Counted from the first letter of the stretch, positions 43,705 to 55,678 are shown. The stretch is DNA of 64,000 nt from Patescibacteria group bacterium (GCA_026004395.1 BPJB01000001.1:15543-79542), one strand, 5' to 3'. Numbers and translations are program-made. The notes: generated from the letters alone by a model not told the origin.

Positions 43705-44205
43705 AATTGTATGTTCAAAGGAAGCCGCCGACCCCCGCAAGGCGAAGTGGATTTTGATTGTTTCGAGTGAGTAAAGAATTTTAGAAAGAAACCTTTTGGC
43801 AAAAAAGTTTCTTTCAATTCCTTTTGATTTTTTGAGTCTGACAAGAAAAAATTTTAGAGTGTTTGAAATGTTTTCAAAGGAAAATTTAGAGCATACCTCT
43901 GGTAGTTCGTATCCAGCCCGGCACCCCGATTGAAAATCGTTATTTAAACGAAAAACAAGATTTTCGATATAGTTTTTATCAATCGAAATGCGCTCTAAAT
44001 TTTCCAGACAAAAATTTTCCAATCTTTCAGCGGAAATTTGTTTTACCGGGCAAGTTTGCCAATCCTGTCTTAGGGTTGAAGTACAGCGATAGTAATAATA
44101 TCTTTTTAATTTTTTGCCAGTTCTTTTATTGGTAAAACAAGATGTCATTTTAGAACTGCAATTTTCGCATTGGACCAATCCACCGAACAGAAAATTTCTG
44201 TACAT
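43690..44205 (-). pseudogene. C-terminal fragment of a large serine recombinase (zinc ribbon), reading into the tRNA 3' end
   Basis: FLFGGLVQCENC...YYYYRC...CPVKQISAERLE; ends WLRG inside tRNA-Asn; no catalytic N-terminal domain. Confidence 0.8.
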
Positions 44206-44270
44206 AACCTAAGCGAAGAAGATTTAGTAAAGCTCACACACAGAACTGCTTTGCGCATACCACCATTTGT

Positions 44271-44630
44271 TTAGCTTGCATCGTCTATAGTTCTGGCGCG
44301 AAAGTTGATTATTTTTTTGAGTAGGCTAGGGGGGATCGGTTTGTCAGCAGTAAACTGCAGGGTACCTTTTGAACTCCGATACTTAACCAACTTTGGTCCG
44401 ACCGCATTGATCATTTCGTCGGAGGCTGGATATATGCTCATATGTTTGCTATGGGCAGCATAGTATATCAAAATCTTTTTGTGGTATTTGAAAGCGGGTA
44501 TACCATAGCTTATAATTTCCTCTACTTCTGGAAGCTGAGATTTTACTAAATTCCGAATCTTGATTAGCTCATCGCGATGTGACTCTGGCAAATCCTGTAA
44601 GTAGCCATCAACTGTTTGATGTTTTTTCAT
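44271..44630 (-). CDS. DUF1801 (YdhG-like) protein
   Basis: TVDGYL, EIISYGIPAF, SKGTLQF...PIP. Confidence 0.85.
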   Translation of the reverse strand: MKKHQTVDGYLQDLPESHRDELIKIRNLVKSQLPEVEEIISYGIPAFKYHKKILIYYAAHSKHMSIYPASDEMINAVGPKLVKYRSSKGTLQFTADKPIPPSLLKKIINFRARTIDDAS

Positions 44631-44668
44631 AACCCAATTATATCAAATAGTAGCGATGCTGTATAGAT

Positions 44669-44803
44669 ATGACTAAAGAGGAGGTACTAGGTGGTACAGT
44701 GCACGAGCTGCCCACCGACCTGCGCAAAGCCTTGGCTGCCAATAAGGCGGTCTTAGCTAAATGGCAGAGCCTTACACCCCTGGCCCGCAACGAGTGGATT
44801 TGA
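44669..44803 (+). pseudogene. Truncated YdeI/OmpD-associated (OmdA) family protein
   Basis: Manual translation MTKEEVLGGTVHELPTDLRKAL...WQSLTPLARNEWI*. Confidence 0.65.
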
Positions 44804-44990
44804 GCTTTTAGTCAAACGAAATTAAGGAGTTCCTTGTTGTTGCGCGCGAATGGGCAGGGTGGGTCAAACGCAACTGTATTGGCGGCGCATTTCGCAAAGC
44901 GAAATACGAAATTCGGCGGCGGAAAAGCGAGGGTGGGCAAAAATTCCTTCCCCCAACCCCCTTCCTTTTTGCCCGCCCGAGCGTAATTTA

Positions 44991-45311
44991 TCAAAAATCC
45001 GGTTGCTGATTTTCCTTGGAAAAAGTTCGGATTTCGTTCAGAGTTCGGAGCCAGAGTTGACGAGAGGCTAAATTGGCTATCTTGTCAAAGGGGTTTAGAA
45101 AGTGGTATCGGACTTTTTTACCTTCTAACTCTAAGTTCTGAAGTGTTATTTTCAAAAGTAGTCGTTTTTCGTGAACTTCAGAACTCAAAAACAAATCATA
45201 AGCCTGATTAGCAAGTGTTAAAAGGTAGTTTGCTGTTAAATAATAGTTGTCTTCAGCTTTCTTAAGATTCGCTAGTTTAGTAAAATTTTTCATTAAAAAA
45301 TGCTTTGTCAA
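44991..45311 (-). pseudogene. Recombinase C-terminal remnant spanning att core (copy 1 of island repeat)
   Basis: AYDLFLSSEVHEKRLLLKITLQNLEL...NPFDKIANLASRQLWLRTLNEIRT; core CGGAGCCA at 45046-45053. Confidence 0.65.
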
Positions 45312-45377
45312 ATCAATTTGTATTGTATTATACTATAAAGAAAAATAATTAAATATCTTTAATCAAAGTATTTAATT

Positions 45378-45755
45378 ATGAAATTTACTGAAATTGATCT
45401 TAATACAATTTATTTAGCTTTAAGTATTTTCTTGGCTATTTTAAATATTTACCAATTTTTTAAAAATAGAAGCGATGTAAAAATTCTCGATGGAATCTTA
45501 ACAATGTTACATAACACTTCAGAAAGCTTAAGAAATGCGCTTTTACAAATATCACAAAATCCCGATTCATTTACTGATAAAAAGGATGTTATAAACACAG
45601 TCGGGGCTGTTTCTCAGTTAGCTTCCGGAATGGTACAAGCAATCGAAGAACAAAGGTTTTATTCTTCAAAGAAAGAAGCTAAACAGATGAGGACTAAAAA
45701 ACAAGAAGAGTTTCAGAAAAAGATGAGTAGAATTTTAAAAAGATATAAACAATGA
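45378..45755 (+). CDS. Hypothetical membrane protein
   Basis: ORF of 125 aa with N-terminal TM. Confidence 0.65.
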   Translation: MKFTEIDLNTIYLALSIFLAILNIYQFFKNRSDVKILDGILTMLHNTSESLRNALLQISQNPDSFTDKKDVINTVGAVSQLASGMVQAIEEQRFYSSKKEAKQMRTKKQEEFQKKMSRILKRYKQ

Positions 45756-45773
45756 TCTCCCTCCAATAATTGA

Positions 45774-47564
45774 TTATACCTCTTTTGTAACCAAAACTTC
45801 TTCTCCTAACATATCAATTATTTTGACTGCCACTTTGGTTGGCTTTTCACTTATTTCAAGCTCATATTCGCCTTTTACTAAATCGCTCTGTCTTTCGGGA
45901 ACATCCGAGAAACCAATCTTGAATACTTCACCGTCGTAATCCGTATCAACCAGCACTACATCGATCATCGACCTGAAATCTGGAATTTTCTTCTGCAAGA
46001 GTCCTGGTTCAAGCTCCAAGCGCTTAATGATCGTAGGGGAAATAAAGGCTAAAATTTTAATCTTTACTTTGTCTTTGCCTATCCGTTTAATTTCCACTTC
46101 TGCTTTTGATGGTTCGTAACTCACAAAGTTTTTGTCTTTCAGGTCAAAGACAATAAACTGACGCATGCGTTTCTTGCTTCTGGTATCTTTATAGGGTTGC
46201 TTTTTATTCCATTCCTCAACCCAACCGTCTACCTTTGTCTCCCTGCCCAGTGAGATGACCACTACATCTCTATCCTCGTCTGGGCGCTTATTAAGCTCAT
46301 CAACGATTAGCTGCAGGTCAAGTAGCGTTAAGGGGTGATTGAAATCTATAATTTTGACCAGCTCGCCACTATCCCGCAGACCGTCAAAGAAAGTGTCTGT
46401 TTTAGTTTTAGTAATTCCGTATTGCTGGATAGCCAATTCTTTAGCTTCAGTCTTCAAGATTCTTAAATCGTAGTTATTAACCTTGTAAATTGCGAAAGTG
46501 GGGTATTTTGTTTCTTTTTGATCTTTGATGATTTTTTGTAATCTTTTACTTGTTACTTGAATTGCTCCCTTATTAACATCAACCCCAATCCACCGCCTAC
46601 CCAATTTATGTGCTACCGCACAGGTCGTTCCCGAACCAACAAAACAGTCTAAAACTAAGTCGTTTTCGTCAGATGACCCTTTAATAACTTTCTCTAATAA
46701 AGCCTCTGGTTTTTGTGTAGCATAATTAGTTCTTTCTATGGCTTGAGAATTAATGATTGCAATTTCCCAAACATCTTCTGGAAGCCTTCCTAATGGATTA
46801 ACCTTCACAATTCTACCAAAAGAGGTTGTGCCAGATTCTGCTTGTTTTATTGTGCCTTCTTTGTAAGGAGTCCTTACTAAATCGATGTTAAATTTATAAC
46901 TGCTTTTATTCTTACAATAGAGGAGAATTGTATCATGCTTATGTAAATATTCCTTTTTAACCGAGCCTGATGGGTCTTTATAATGCCATACAATCTCATT
47001 TATAAGATTTTCTTCTCCAAATATTTCATCCATTAAAACTTTAATGTAATGAACCATCCTGTAATCCAAGTGGATATAAATACTGCCTGTTTCTGCCAGT
47101 AATTCCTTCAGCAAAATTAACCGCTCATACATAAACTGGAAGTATTCATCCCGTTTCCAAATATCTTCATACATCGTTTGTTGAATTATCGATTCACTGT
47201 CTTCTTCGATCCTGCCCAAATCTTTTAAGCCCCGCAGTTCAACTTTTCTCATGTAGTCTTTGTTGCTGGCAAACGGAGGATCGATATAAATCAGGTCAAC
47301 CTTGCCTCTGAAGCCAAGTTCCAAAAGTGTTGCTAAGACTTCTTTATTATCTCCATGAAACAGAAGATTGTGCCAATTTTTTTCAAGCTCGCTGAATTTA
47401 GGGGTTTCTGGGAATTTATCTTCCTTCTGGGGGTCAAAGACTTCAATTAGTTGTGTAGGGAAGCCTGTGACATATTCTAACGGGTGTTTATTAACCCAAT
47501 GGAGTAGAGGTCTGCCTTTTGGTGTTTCAACTTTTATTTTTTTGTTTGATTTATCATCTGTCAT
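45774..47564 (-). CDS. mod: Type III restriction-modification methyltransferase (Mod)
   Basis: [25 protein letters not shown] (beta-class order); adjacent to res. Confidence 0.92.
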   Translation of the reverse strand: MTDDKSNKKIKVETPKGRPLLHWVNKHPLEYVTGFPTQLIEVFDPQKEDKFPETPKFSELEKNWHNLLFHGDNKEVLATLLELGFRGKVDLIYIDPPFASNKDYMRKVELRGLKDLGRIEEDSESIIQQTMYEDIWKRDEYFQFMYERLILLKELLAETGSIYIHLDYRMVHYIKVLMDEIFGEENLINEIVWHYKDPSGSVKKEYLHKHDTILLYCKNKSSYKFNIDLVRTPYKEGTIKQAESGTTSFGRIVKVNPLGRLPEDVWEIAIINSQAIERTNYATQKPEALLEKVIKGSSDENDLVLDCFVGSGTTCAVAHKLGRRWIGVDVNKGAIQVTSKRLQKIIKDQKETKYPTFAIYKVNNYDLRILKTEAKELAIQQYGITKTKTDTFFDGLRDSGELVKIIDFNHPLTLLDLQLIVDELNKRPDEDRDVVVISLGRETKVDGWVEEWNKKQPYKDTRSKKRMRQFIVFDLKDKNFVSYEPSKAEVEIKRIGKDKVKIKILAFISPTIIKRLELEPGLLQKKIPDFRSMIDVVLVDTDYDGEVFKIGFSDVPERQSDLVKGEYELEISEKPTKVAVKIIDMLGEEVLVTKEV

Positions 47565-47566
47565 AT

Positions 47567-50152
47567 TTATTTTTTGTGTTGGTAAATCCAGTTAAAAACT
47601 GGCATAACTTTACCAAATACCGACTCTCCTTCCTCTAAAAGCAGGAGTTCATACTTTATTTTATCAGGATTTATCGCTTCCAGCTCTTGCATCTCTTTTT
47701 CAGCTTCCTTAATCCTGTATTTTGGCGCTTTTACCTCCACGATTAAAGATCTACCATCTTTCTTGCGAATTAAAAAGTCGGGGGTATAACTGTGCCAGTC
47801 TCCCTTGTCGTCTTTGTATTCAAAGATTAAATCGGTTTTAGCGGGATCGTTAATTGCGCCTGTGTAATAAATGTCCTCAACATTATCGGGGTCTTCACCA
47901 AGTTTAATAAGCATACTCTCAAAAAACTCTCGTTCATACTCTGAGTCAAAATTGTAAGGGTCGTAATGAAAGCCAAAGAGCGGTAGTTGTCCAGCCTTTG
48001 CTTTGTAGTCCTTCAGCTCCAGCACATATTTCTTCAGAGAGGTTTTGTTAACCCTAATGTGGGTCACATAGGAGGTTTTGCCGTCAACAGTTTCTTCTTC
48101 AAACCCTTTCTGCTTGATAAGAGCCAGTGCTTCTTCGACTGTTTCATTGACCACTTTGTAGCGCATGGTTTGTTTTTCTATTTGGGTGCGGATAAGTTCC
48201 AGTTCAAACGCCCCAATTTCTCCGTCTGGGTATAAGTTTTGGAGCAGTTTATAAGTTTTTAGCGAGTCTAAGCGGTAAGCATGAGCCAAAACTACGGCAG
48301 CTTGGAACAGGTCGATTTTCCTGTCTGTTACCGCTCCCTTTTTAGTTCCCACTTCAACCAGCACCCCTTTTCTCTGGGCTTTGGACATGGAATAAATGGT
48401 CTTTTCAAAGGATTTGACCGTTTCTTTGCCTGGTTTATCGATTTTTAGACACTCTTGCGCTTTCAAGTCTTCTGGGACTATCTTTTGGATGAGCTTTTTG
48501 ATAAGCAAAGGCGGCAGTTCAATCTTTCTAAGAGTTACTTTAACTGTTACCGTGTCCGTAGAAACCCTGTTGAGATCATCCAACCCCTCACCAAAGGTTT
48601 CTTGCAACTGCCGATCAAGAATGGAGACATTGTCTTTTGAGAGGTAAATCTTGGCTTTTTTGGTGTTGCCATTGACTTGTCTTAAACATCGACTGGCAGC
48701 TTGCAAAACAAAGTTATTGCTTGAATTAAGTTTCCTTGCCAGAGCGGTAGCGAATAAAGATAAGCAGTTCCACCCTTCTGTGCCTTTGTTGACGAGCAGG
48801 AAGACTCGGTAGGGCAGTTTGGGATCGTTAATGCGGTTGTCAAAAAGGTCTTTAATCTCATCAGTTGACTTGTTATGCACTGGCAGTACAACTGATGGGT
48901 CAATTTTTAATGAGATGAGAGTTTGCTCAACAATAGGCTTAGCTTTTTCTAGATCATCGACCTGAGGGAAGTAGATAGCCAGCTTGGCATATTCGCCGCT
49001 CTCAATTTGAACATCTTTGTATTCTTGAAAAAAGTCTTTAACTACATCAACAATGAAATCATGATCAGATACATCGGAATAGGCAATGATGTTGCCTCTT
49101 ACTTCTTTTAAGATTCCATCCTCAATACCTTGTGATAGTCCATACCAATAAATAACATCTCGCAGAAGCTGTCTTTGGTAATAGGGTGTGCCTGTGGTGT
49201 TAACTACCGCTAAAAGATTGGTTTTCTCGGCAATGTAGTTGATTGTCTGTCTGACCCTCTTCAGGTCGCTTGCCAGCTCCTGTCCGTAGGTGTGATGGGC
49301 TTCATCTGAGAAGACTGCCAAGTGAGGGAGCGAGGTAATGGTTTGCAACCTTAAATTAGCCACCAGCTCTTTTGCTTCTTCAATTCCCAGCCTCAACTGC
49401 CCTGACAGGAAAGATTTGGGGATACTGTTCTTTTGAAGTCTTATTTTTTCAGTGTTGGTGACAATAACATTAAAGGAGCTGCCTCGGATAACGGGAATGT
49501 CTTTCTCGCCATCCCTGGTGTAGGTGAATTTAACATTGGTGATAAAAGATTTATAGAAACGAGGGGGAAGTATTTTGTCGTATGGTGTGTCAGAGATTTC
49601 TCTCAAAGCACCCAGTATGGTCTTGCCAGGTGCAAATACCAGGGCATTTTTGATAAATATGCCATCTTCTTCCTGATATTCCAAAGCCATCGCAAACTCG
49701 GTAGCGATGATGGAAGCTATAAGGATTGTCTTACCTGCTCCCATTGCCAATGCCAGGATATAACTGGGGTATGAGAGAGTGAGTGTTTCTCTTAATGCTT
49801 CAAGCCTGTATTTCTTAACAAATACATCGTTGGTTCTGACTTTATCAATAATGAGATCTAATCCACCTCCTGCTAATAAGAGATCTGTCAAATCTTCCTC
49901 TGACAAGCAGATGCCGAGTGCCTTTAATAGTTCTTTTCCTTGAAAGTATTCCTTGTAAAGATTGAAGATGTTTGGTGTGTTTTTGACTAAGCGTAAATAC
50001 CAGTAAGTTTCTAACGCCTCAAATTGTGCCTTTCTTAGAAAGTCATTCTGGTTATGCTGGAAAATGGTGGCAATAGCAGGATAAGAGGAAGGATAATCTT
50101 GCTGTCTCCAATTAGCAACATCTAATTTCAATTTTTGATAAAGATTGATCAT
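47567..50152 (-). CDS. res: Type III restriction enzyme helicase/nuclease (Res)
   Basis: AMGAGKT, DEAHH, EGWN, Q..SRCLR, C-terminal TPDFLI...IVEVK (PD-D/ExK). Confidence 0.9.
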   Translation of the reverse strand: MINLYQKLKLDVANWRQQDYPSSYPAIATIFQHNQNDFLRKAQFEALETYWYLRLVKNTPNIFNLYKEYFQGKELLKALGICLSEEDLTDLLLAGGGLDLIIDKVRTNDVFVKKYRLEALRETLTLSYPSYILALAMGAGKTILIASIIATEFAMALEYQEEDGIFIKNALVFAPGKTILGALREISDTPYDKILPPRFYKSFITNVKFTYTRDGEKDIPVIRGSSFNVIVTNTEKIRLQKNSIPKSFLSGQLRLGIEEAKELVANLRLQTITSLPHLAVFSDEAHHTYGQELASDLKRVRQTINYIAEKTNLLAVVNTTGTPYYQRQLLRDVIYWYGLSQGIEDGILKEVRGNIIAYSDVSDHDFIVDVVKDFFQEYKDVQIESGEYAKLAIYFPQVDDLEKAKPIVEQTLISLKIDPSVVLPVHNKSTDEIKDLFDNRINDPKLPYRVFLLVNKGTEGWNCLSLFATALARKLNSSNNFVLQAASRCLRQVNGNTKKAKIYLSKDNVSILDRQLQETFGEGLDDLNRVSTDTVTVKVTLRKIELPPLLIKKLIQKIVPEDLKAQECLKIDKPGKETVKSFEKTIYSMSKAQRKGVLVEVGTKKGAVTDRKIDLFQAAVVLAHAYRLDSLKTYKLLQNLYPDGEIGAFELELIRTQIEKQTMRYKVVNETVEEALALIKQKGFEEETVDGKTSYVTHIRVNKTSLKKYVLELKDYKAKAGQLPLFGFHYDPYNFDSEYEREFFESMLIKLGEDPDNVEDIYYTGAINDPAKTDLIFEYKDDKGDWHSYTPDFLIRKKDGRSLIVEVKAPKYRIKEAEKEMQELEAINPDKIKYELLLLEEGESVFGKVMPVFNWIYQHKK

Positions 50153-50331
50153 ACCTTTTGTTTTTGTATAAACTTATCAAGTTCTGCTTTATTGATACGA
50201 TATTGTTTCCCAATTTTGAAAGCCTGGAGCTTTCTTGCTTGTACCCAACGATACACAGTAAGATATGCAACCTTTAGTATGTCTGCTACTTCTCTAATTG
50301 TATAAAATTCCTCTACTTCTCTTTTATCCAT
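50149..50331 (-). CDS. Excisionase-like HTH DNA-binding protein (putative controller of res-mod)
   Basis: FYTIREVADILKVAYLTVYRWV...LQAFKIGKQYRI; overlaps res start; TTTAACAT direct repeat at 50333 and 50343. Confidence 0.85.
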   Translation of the reverse strand: MDKREVEEFYTIREVADILKVAYLTVYRWVQARKLQAFKIGKQYRINKAELDKFIQKQKV

Positions 50332-50356
50332 ATTTAACATTATTTAACATCTTGCC

Positions 50357-50944
50357 TTAAATTGCAAGTAATCTTAATGGTTCAAATTTGTTTATCTGTT
50401 CTCTAAGTAGTGAGAATACGCTTGGCTCGTCAGCTTGGGTAAGGCTTTTCATTTCCTTGTTAAGACTATACCAAGCAGAGCTGCCGTATCGTTTGGTCAT
50501 TTCTCTAAATTCTCTTATGCCAATTTCCTCAAGCAGAACCCTCAAGCCCAGAATTTTCAGAATAGGTATCAGCTTGATTTTAGGATTTGCAATTAAAAAA
50601 CCAGTAAAAAACTTTTTAGGGCTTTCGTATTGATAGGTTAGTAAAGGCGGGTAGGCTTCTTCAATTTCTCTGATGTAGTGAAGTAAGACCTTTTTGGCTG
50701 TGTCTTGGTTAAAGATGTTTGTAAAAGTTGGCTCAAAGTCCTTATCTATAAGTTTAAGAATTTGGCTGATTTTTTGCCGTTTATTTAGCCTTATTTCAAC
50801 TCGCAAAATCTCAAAAGGTCTTTTTTGGGTGAGAATATCAAATAAGCCTAGTTGCAGGGCGTTGTCATTTTCTTCAGGCGTCAAAACTAACCCCTTTGAT
50901 TGGAATTTGGTTTTCTTAAGCTGAATAACTTTGTCGTTTTTCAT
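50357..50944 (-). pseudogene. Probable remnant of a mobile-element replication protein (C-terminal part)
   Basis: FEILRVEIRL motif resembling rolling-circle Rep C-terminal regions; N-terminal part absent; island context. Confidence 0.4.
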
Positions 50945-51018
50945 TAAGCAAAGTCTATGAAATGGGGTGTAAGCTGAAATTGTATTGCAGTTAGCTAACA
51001 GTTAGCTTATGCGAGAAG

Positions 51019-52055
51019 TTAAAGATATTTGGGGTTTATCTGAACGGTTGATTTGGTATAAATCAAAAGGTCGTTAACGCCAGTTTTCTGGGCTATAAAT
51101 TTGGATAATCCGTCGCAAGCAGGATAAAATTTCTTTTGGTTTTCTTTTAATAAATCTAGGTCGGTAATGCCTTCAATCGTTTCTATAACCTCGTCCCAAG
51201 ACCACTCTTTTTTACGGCTTTTATCATCTTTTAGTAGTAATTCAAGGAGTTTAGCCCTAAAACTTTCTTTCTTGAATTTAACTTTTTTGCCTTCAATATC
51301 CAGCTCGCCTTTTTGGGCGCTATAGGTTACTTTAGGTTTTACTTTCGTTGAGTCTGGCGTAAGCGTCGCCTTTGGTTTTTCAGGCTCTTTATTAGATTTG
51401 TCTCTTCGTTCTAATTCGCTTCTAACTTTTTCCATAAAATCATAGAAGGGTTTTATATTAACAACAACTTTGATGCTGTCATCCCATCTGTGCATCATTG
51501 AGTCAATGTGCTTAAATTCTGAAAGAACACCCTCTTTATGAAGATACTTTACTGCTTCCCATCTACCCTCAATATACTCATCCCTAACGCCTGGTGTGTC
51601 ATAAGGAAAAAGTTCTTGGAAGTAAATTCTTGGCGGCAGAAGTGGGATAATCACGGTATTCTCTCTGTTCAATTGGACTTTCTCTTTTATTGCCAACATC
51701 GTATCAAATAATCTTAAGAGATTAAGATAGGTCATCTCACTGATGCCACTTTTCTGTTTGAGTAAGTAATTTTCATACCAGTCATCAAATCCTTCTGAGA
51801 CAGTAAGGAGAAAATAATCTATTGATGTGATTTCTAAATGTTGAAGCGGTTTTAATTCAGAAGGTATATCCTGTATTTGAATAATTTTTTCGTCATCTTG
51901 GAGTTTTAATAAGAAGTCGTGTATTTCCTGAAGTATTATTTGTTTAAGTTTATTGTCGGTTTTTGCATAAAGTTTAATGGGATGTCTTTTACGAGCAATT
52001 TTGCGGGCTTCATTTATTGTTTCAGGATTATATTAAGTTTTTCTTCGTATGTCAT
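51019..52055 (-). CDS. Hypothetical protein with C-terminal winged-helix-like region (intact ORF 51019-51735; 5' part frameshifted)
   Basis: ORF of 238 aa plus coding-like upstream sequence beginning MTYEE near 52055. Confidence 0.55.
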
Positions 52056-52124
52056 AGGTCATTACTTTTTCAATCTTATTTATCATATTTTATCAATTTT
52101 TGGTAAAATAGTCTTGATATAACT

Positions 52125-52862
52125 ATGTTTCAAAAATTAAAATCTTCAACATTACTTTCAAAAATAAATGTTATTAGCTCTTACTTTTGGTTTATAAGCA
52201 CGGTCTTTTTTATTACGATTATTTTCCTGTCTACAAAGGGCTTTACTATTGACCCCTGTTATGGTAAGGGTTGCTCCGAACACCATTATTTGTTACCTAT
52301 GCTTTCTTCATTTTTTGCGGGGTTGTTCTTCTTTGGGTTAACTGTATTTATGGGATTTTTGAGAGTTTTATTAAAAGCTGAAAAATGGAAACCCCCTATA
52401 AATCTTGGTTCTTGGAAGATTGGATTTGCAACATTTTTAGTGGTGTTTATTTCTAGTGTTTATGTCGTCGCTTTATTTAGAGGGAGTGCTGTTAGATGGG
52501 GTGGAAGTTATACAGGACAAGATTTATTTAATGCCGTCAATCAACATAGAAAATCACTAGGCTTAAAGGAAGTAAAGTTAAGTGAGGGTTTATGTGATAA
52601 TCTTGTGTCTCGTTGGCAAGCGGTAAAAGAAGGTCGACAACACGAAGGTTTTGATGATTGGATAAAACAAGAGGGTATTCAAACAAATTATGGTTATAAA
52701 GAACTTGTAGAGTTGTACATACAAGCTTTAACGCCCGCAGAAGCAATAACTTTTTGGTCTGGTAGTCCAGGTCACAGAATACAATTAGAAAACCCAAAGT
52801 GGATTGATGGTTGTGCTTATGCTAATGAGGGCTATGGTGTAGTGGTAATGGGCATAAAATAA
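52125..52862 (+). CDS. Membrane protein with CAP/SCP-like domain
   Basis: Three TM helices; VNQHRKSLGL, HEGF, WSGSPGHR. Confidence 0.8.
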   Translation: MFQKLKSSTLLSKINVISSYFWFISTVFFITIIFLSTKGFTIDPCYGKGCSEHHYLLPMLSSFFAGLFFFGLTVFMGFLRVLLKAEKWKPPINLGSWKIGFATFLVVFISSVYVVALFRGSAVRWGGSYTGQDLFNAVNQHRKSLGLKEVKLSEGLCDNLVSRWQAVKEGRQHEGFDDWIKQEGIQTNYGYKELVELYIQALTPAEAITFWSGSPGHRIQLENPKWIDGCAYANEGYGVVVMGIK

Positions 52863-52864
52863 TC

Positions 52865-53107
52865 TTACAATACAGCAAAGGCAGGCTTGGGTTGGCTAAT
52901 TCCTAAGTTTTCAAACGCAATTTTAAGGTCGTTTAGGCTTATATTAAACTCTAATCTATCGTTGCAGAATAAGTCTTTTAGGGGGAGCCAGAGTTGACGA
53001 GAGGCTAAATTGAATATATTGTCAAAGGGATTTATCCAGTTAAATCGGACTTTTTTACCTTTTAGTTCCAAGTTCTGAAGTGTTAAATTCAAAAGTAGCC
53101 GTTTTTC
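52865..53107 (-). pseudogene. Recombinase C-terminal remnant spanning att core (copy 2)
   Basis: LTLQNLEL...NPFDNIFNLASRQLWLPLKD; GGAGCCA at 52984-52990; nucleotide similarity to 45047-45180. Confidence 0.7.
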
Positions 53108-53128
53108 ATACTTGTTCTTAGTAATCCT

Positions 53129-53820
53129 TCAATTTATTAATTTACCTAGAGTTTTTAGCACTTTTGTTTCTCTATTTTCTTCCTTTGGCAAGTAACCAAT
53201 TAAACCGCTTTCTATGGCTTGATTACAAGCTATTGGAGCTTTTCTGCTTATTTTTAGAATTTCCGAACCAGGATTTCCTTGGAGGATTCTCATTTGATCA
53301 TGCTCGCTCATTCTTTTTGAGGAAGGAAGTATATTTTGGTATGATTTACAAAACAAATAGCAGTAAAGCCAATTTCTCTCCAGATTGCTTCTAATTCGTC
53401 TACCCTCAAAATACTTGGTAAGCATACTTGGTAAGCACAAACCTTTTTTTATGTCTTTCAAGAGAGATTTTTCATTCTCATCCATTGGTTCTCTTTCTAG
53501 GAACATGTCGTTTAGTACCACTCTTCCTGATGATTTAAGAACCCGATAAATTTCTTCCATAACTGAGTTTGTCATAAGAGTGAACATAACTCTCACAAAA
53601 AATAACTAATCAAAAATTCCAGGAGGAAAAGCAGAATTATGATAATTGTTCAGTTACACCATATTATGGTGTAACTGAACATCTAACATTTTACGATCTA
53701 ACCTTACGGTGCCACTTCTTGCCACTTCGCAATTCTACTCTTTGATAGTTTTTTAGGGGAAATTAACTAAAAAGTCTGGGCGAAACTCAAAATATTCAGC
53801 AGGATAGATAGCATTGTTTT
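53129..53820 (-). pseudogene. Degraded class I SAM-dependent methyltransferase
   Basis: EEIYRVLKSSGRVVLND motif; upstream FPPGIFD fragment; multiple frame breaks. Confidence 0.6.
53647..53681. repeat. Perfect 35-bp palindrome
   Basis: TGTTCAGTTACACCATA-T-TATGGTGTAACTGAACA. Confidence 0.9.
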
Positions 53821-53854
53821 CTTAAGATTATCAAAGAGACCATTAAACCAAGAT

Positions 53855-55678
53855 TTATATAATCTCTATCATAAAATCTTTTGCCTCGGGAAAGGGAGCA
53901 TATCGTGGTGACTGCAATGAGGACATTAACTCAATTGTTGGCAATAATGGGAATTTGTTTCTAATTCTTCGTCCTCTGCTTTCTTGTTGTCTACGTTTTG
54001 TTACATGTTCCCATGTGTTTCTTCCATCAATCATTCTTTCTTCAAATACATGCACCAATGGTTTAATAAGAACAGGATTATCAAAACCACCAGAAATCAT
54101 TGATATACCCGTAGCATAACTTGGCATAAAGGCAGAAACTACTGCCTGTATTTCTGGATAATTGTTTTTTATGTGATTGAATGTAAGTGAAAACATGCTA
54201 CTACTTGTATTTCCAGGAGCGCCAGGGCGACTATAAAGTCTAGTTAGGTCATAGCAATAACAAGGGTTATAGCCTTGTATCAATAAAACATTTTGTTTGT
54301 ACGGACGATCAATCTTCTCCAATGCAAGAACTGAAAATGGTAAATCCTCCCCTACTATGTACAATCCGAAAGCAATATCAGCTCGGGGAGTATGAATATA
54401 ATGTAAATCTTGATGGAATTGCTTTGCAAATTCTGGATTAATTTCTCGGAATGCAAGTGGCACTAGTCCGGCTGTCGCTGTTACACCTTCTTCCTGTACT
54501 GCAAAGATTGCGTTTCCTCTTTTTTGTATCACCCATCCAGGTTCAGCAAACATTCCTGTACGGGTCAATATTCTTTCAACTGGAAGTGAGCTATTTTGCA
54601 ATCTTTGTTTGATGATTAGGTATTGTTCTTCAATCGTTGCAGCAAGTATCTTAGGATTTATCCTGAACTGTTGGATAAATTGTGCATCAAGATTCAAGAT
54701 ATTTCGCCAGTCAACATAAGCGCTATGATCCCGTAAGTAATTATTAAGTTGTGAGCCGTTAACAAAAACATCGGAAACTTCATAGGTTGTAAGGCGGAAA
54801 AGCGTTTGATATTTTAAATCTTGTGGATCACATAAAATATTATTTTTTTGGATATATTCGTCTACTGCAGCTGCAACCTGTTCTCGGGCATGTGACATTA
54901 GTGCATCTTTTGGCCAATTTACTAATCGGAACTTTGGAACCATAATGATTTCTCCCTTTGCTAAGGCGGTAGCTAATTCTCTACGCCTTCTTTCAATCTG
55001 TCCTTGTCTTACTACCTCTCTCAACACTCCAAAACGTATAGCTCCATGTTTCATTGTGGTAATTGCATGATCTGCCTTTTTCTTCATATTTACATTGTTA
55101 ACAACGTTAATTCCTTGAAATAGTATTCTTGGCCCGTTAACAGGGATTTGAGTGGGATTGTTTTCTTCTATAGCCAATTGAGTTTCTTGCTTAGCAAAGT
55201 CTTTTATCCACTGAAGCACTTTTCCTAATACCATAGAATCTCCTTCTAATTGTTGAATATCAGTGGTGAGTTGATCCTCGTATCTAACAGAATCAGCAAT
55301 AATATCTTGGTCAGTGCCATCTTGTAATCTTACATGTATTCGTAGTTCATTACCGTCACCTTTCTTAAATCTCATTCGTCCAAGTATTTCTTCTACCGTT
55401 TTCCCTCTTGCCTGTTTATTTTTTCTTCCAGCAGGCATTGGGATATGTTCTCTGCGCATAAGCCATGCCACCGCCCGAAGCACTTCATAAAATCGTACTG
55501 GAGTAAAACCTAAATCTCGGATCTGCTCAAATACATCTCGTAATTCTGGTTCTGTTAATCCATATGTGGTGAGTGATATATTAAATCTTCTCAATTGATC
55601 GAGCTTGGCTGATTTATCAAGTCTTCCAAAACTTTCACGAATTGGTTGATGAATAATTGGTGCTTCTTGTTTGCTCAT
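53855..55678 (-). CDS. Large protein with C-terminal Mom-like GNAT (adenine-modification type) domain
   Basis: FHQDLHYIH...AFGLY...DLTRLY...PGNTSS...IQAVVSAFMP...TG...GGF follows the Mom-family HY / FGL / LxRL / N.eS / iSyaDp..G pattern as recalled. Confidence 0.6.
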   Translation of the reverse strand: MSKQEAPIIHQPIRESFGRLDKSAKLDQLRRFNISLTTYGLTEPELRDVFEQIRDLGFTPVRFYEVLRAVAWLMRREHIPMPAGRKNKQARGKTVEEILGRMRFKKGDGNELRIHVRLQDGTDQDIIADSVRYEDQLTTDIQQLEGDSMVLGKVLQWIKDFAKQETQLAIEENNPTQIPVNGPRILFQGINVVNNVNMKKKADHAITTMKHGAIRFGVLREVVRQGQIERRRRELATALAKGEIIMVPKFRLVNWPKDALMSHAREQVAAAVDEYIQKNNILCDPQDLKYQTLFRLTTYEVSDVFVNGSQLNNYLRDHSAYVDWRNILNLDAQFIQQFRINPKILAATIEEQYLIIKQRLQNSSLPVERILTRTGMFAEPGWVIQKRGNAIFAVQEEGVTATAGLVPLAFREINPEFAKQFHQDLHYIHTPRADIAFGLYIVGEDLPFSVLALEKIDRPYKQNVLLIQGYNPCYCYDLTRLYSRPGAPGNTSSSMFSLTFNHIKNNYPEIQAVVSAFMPSYATGISMISGGFDNPVLIKPLVHVFEERMIDGRNTWEHVTKRRQQESRGRRIRNKFPLLPTIELMSSLQSPRYAPFPEAKDFMIEII

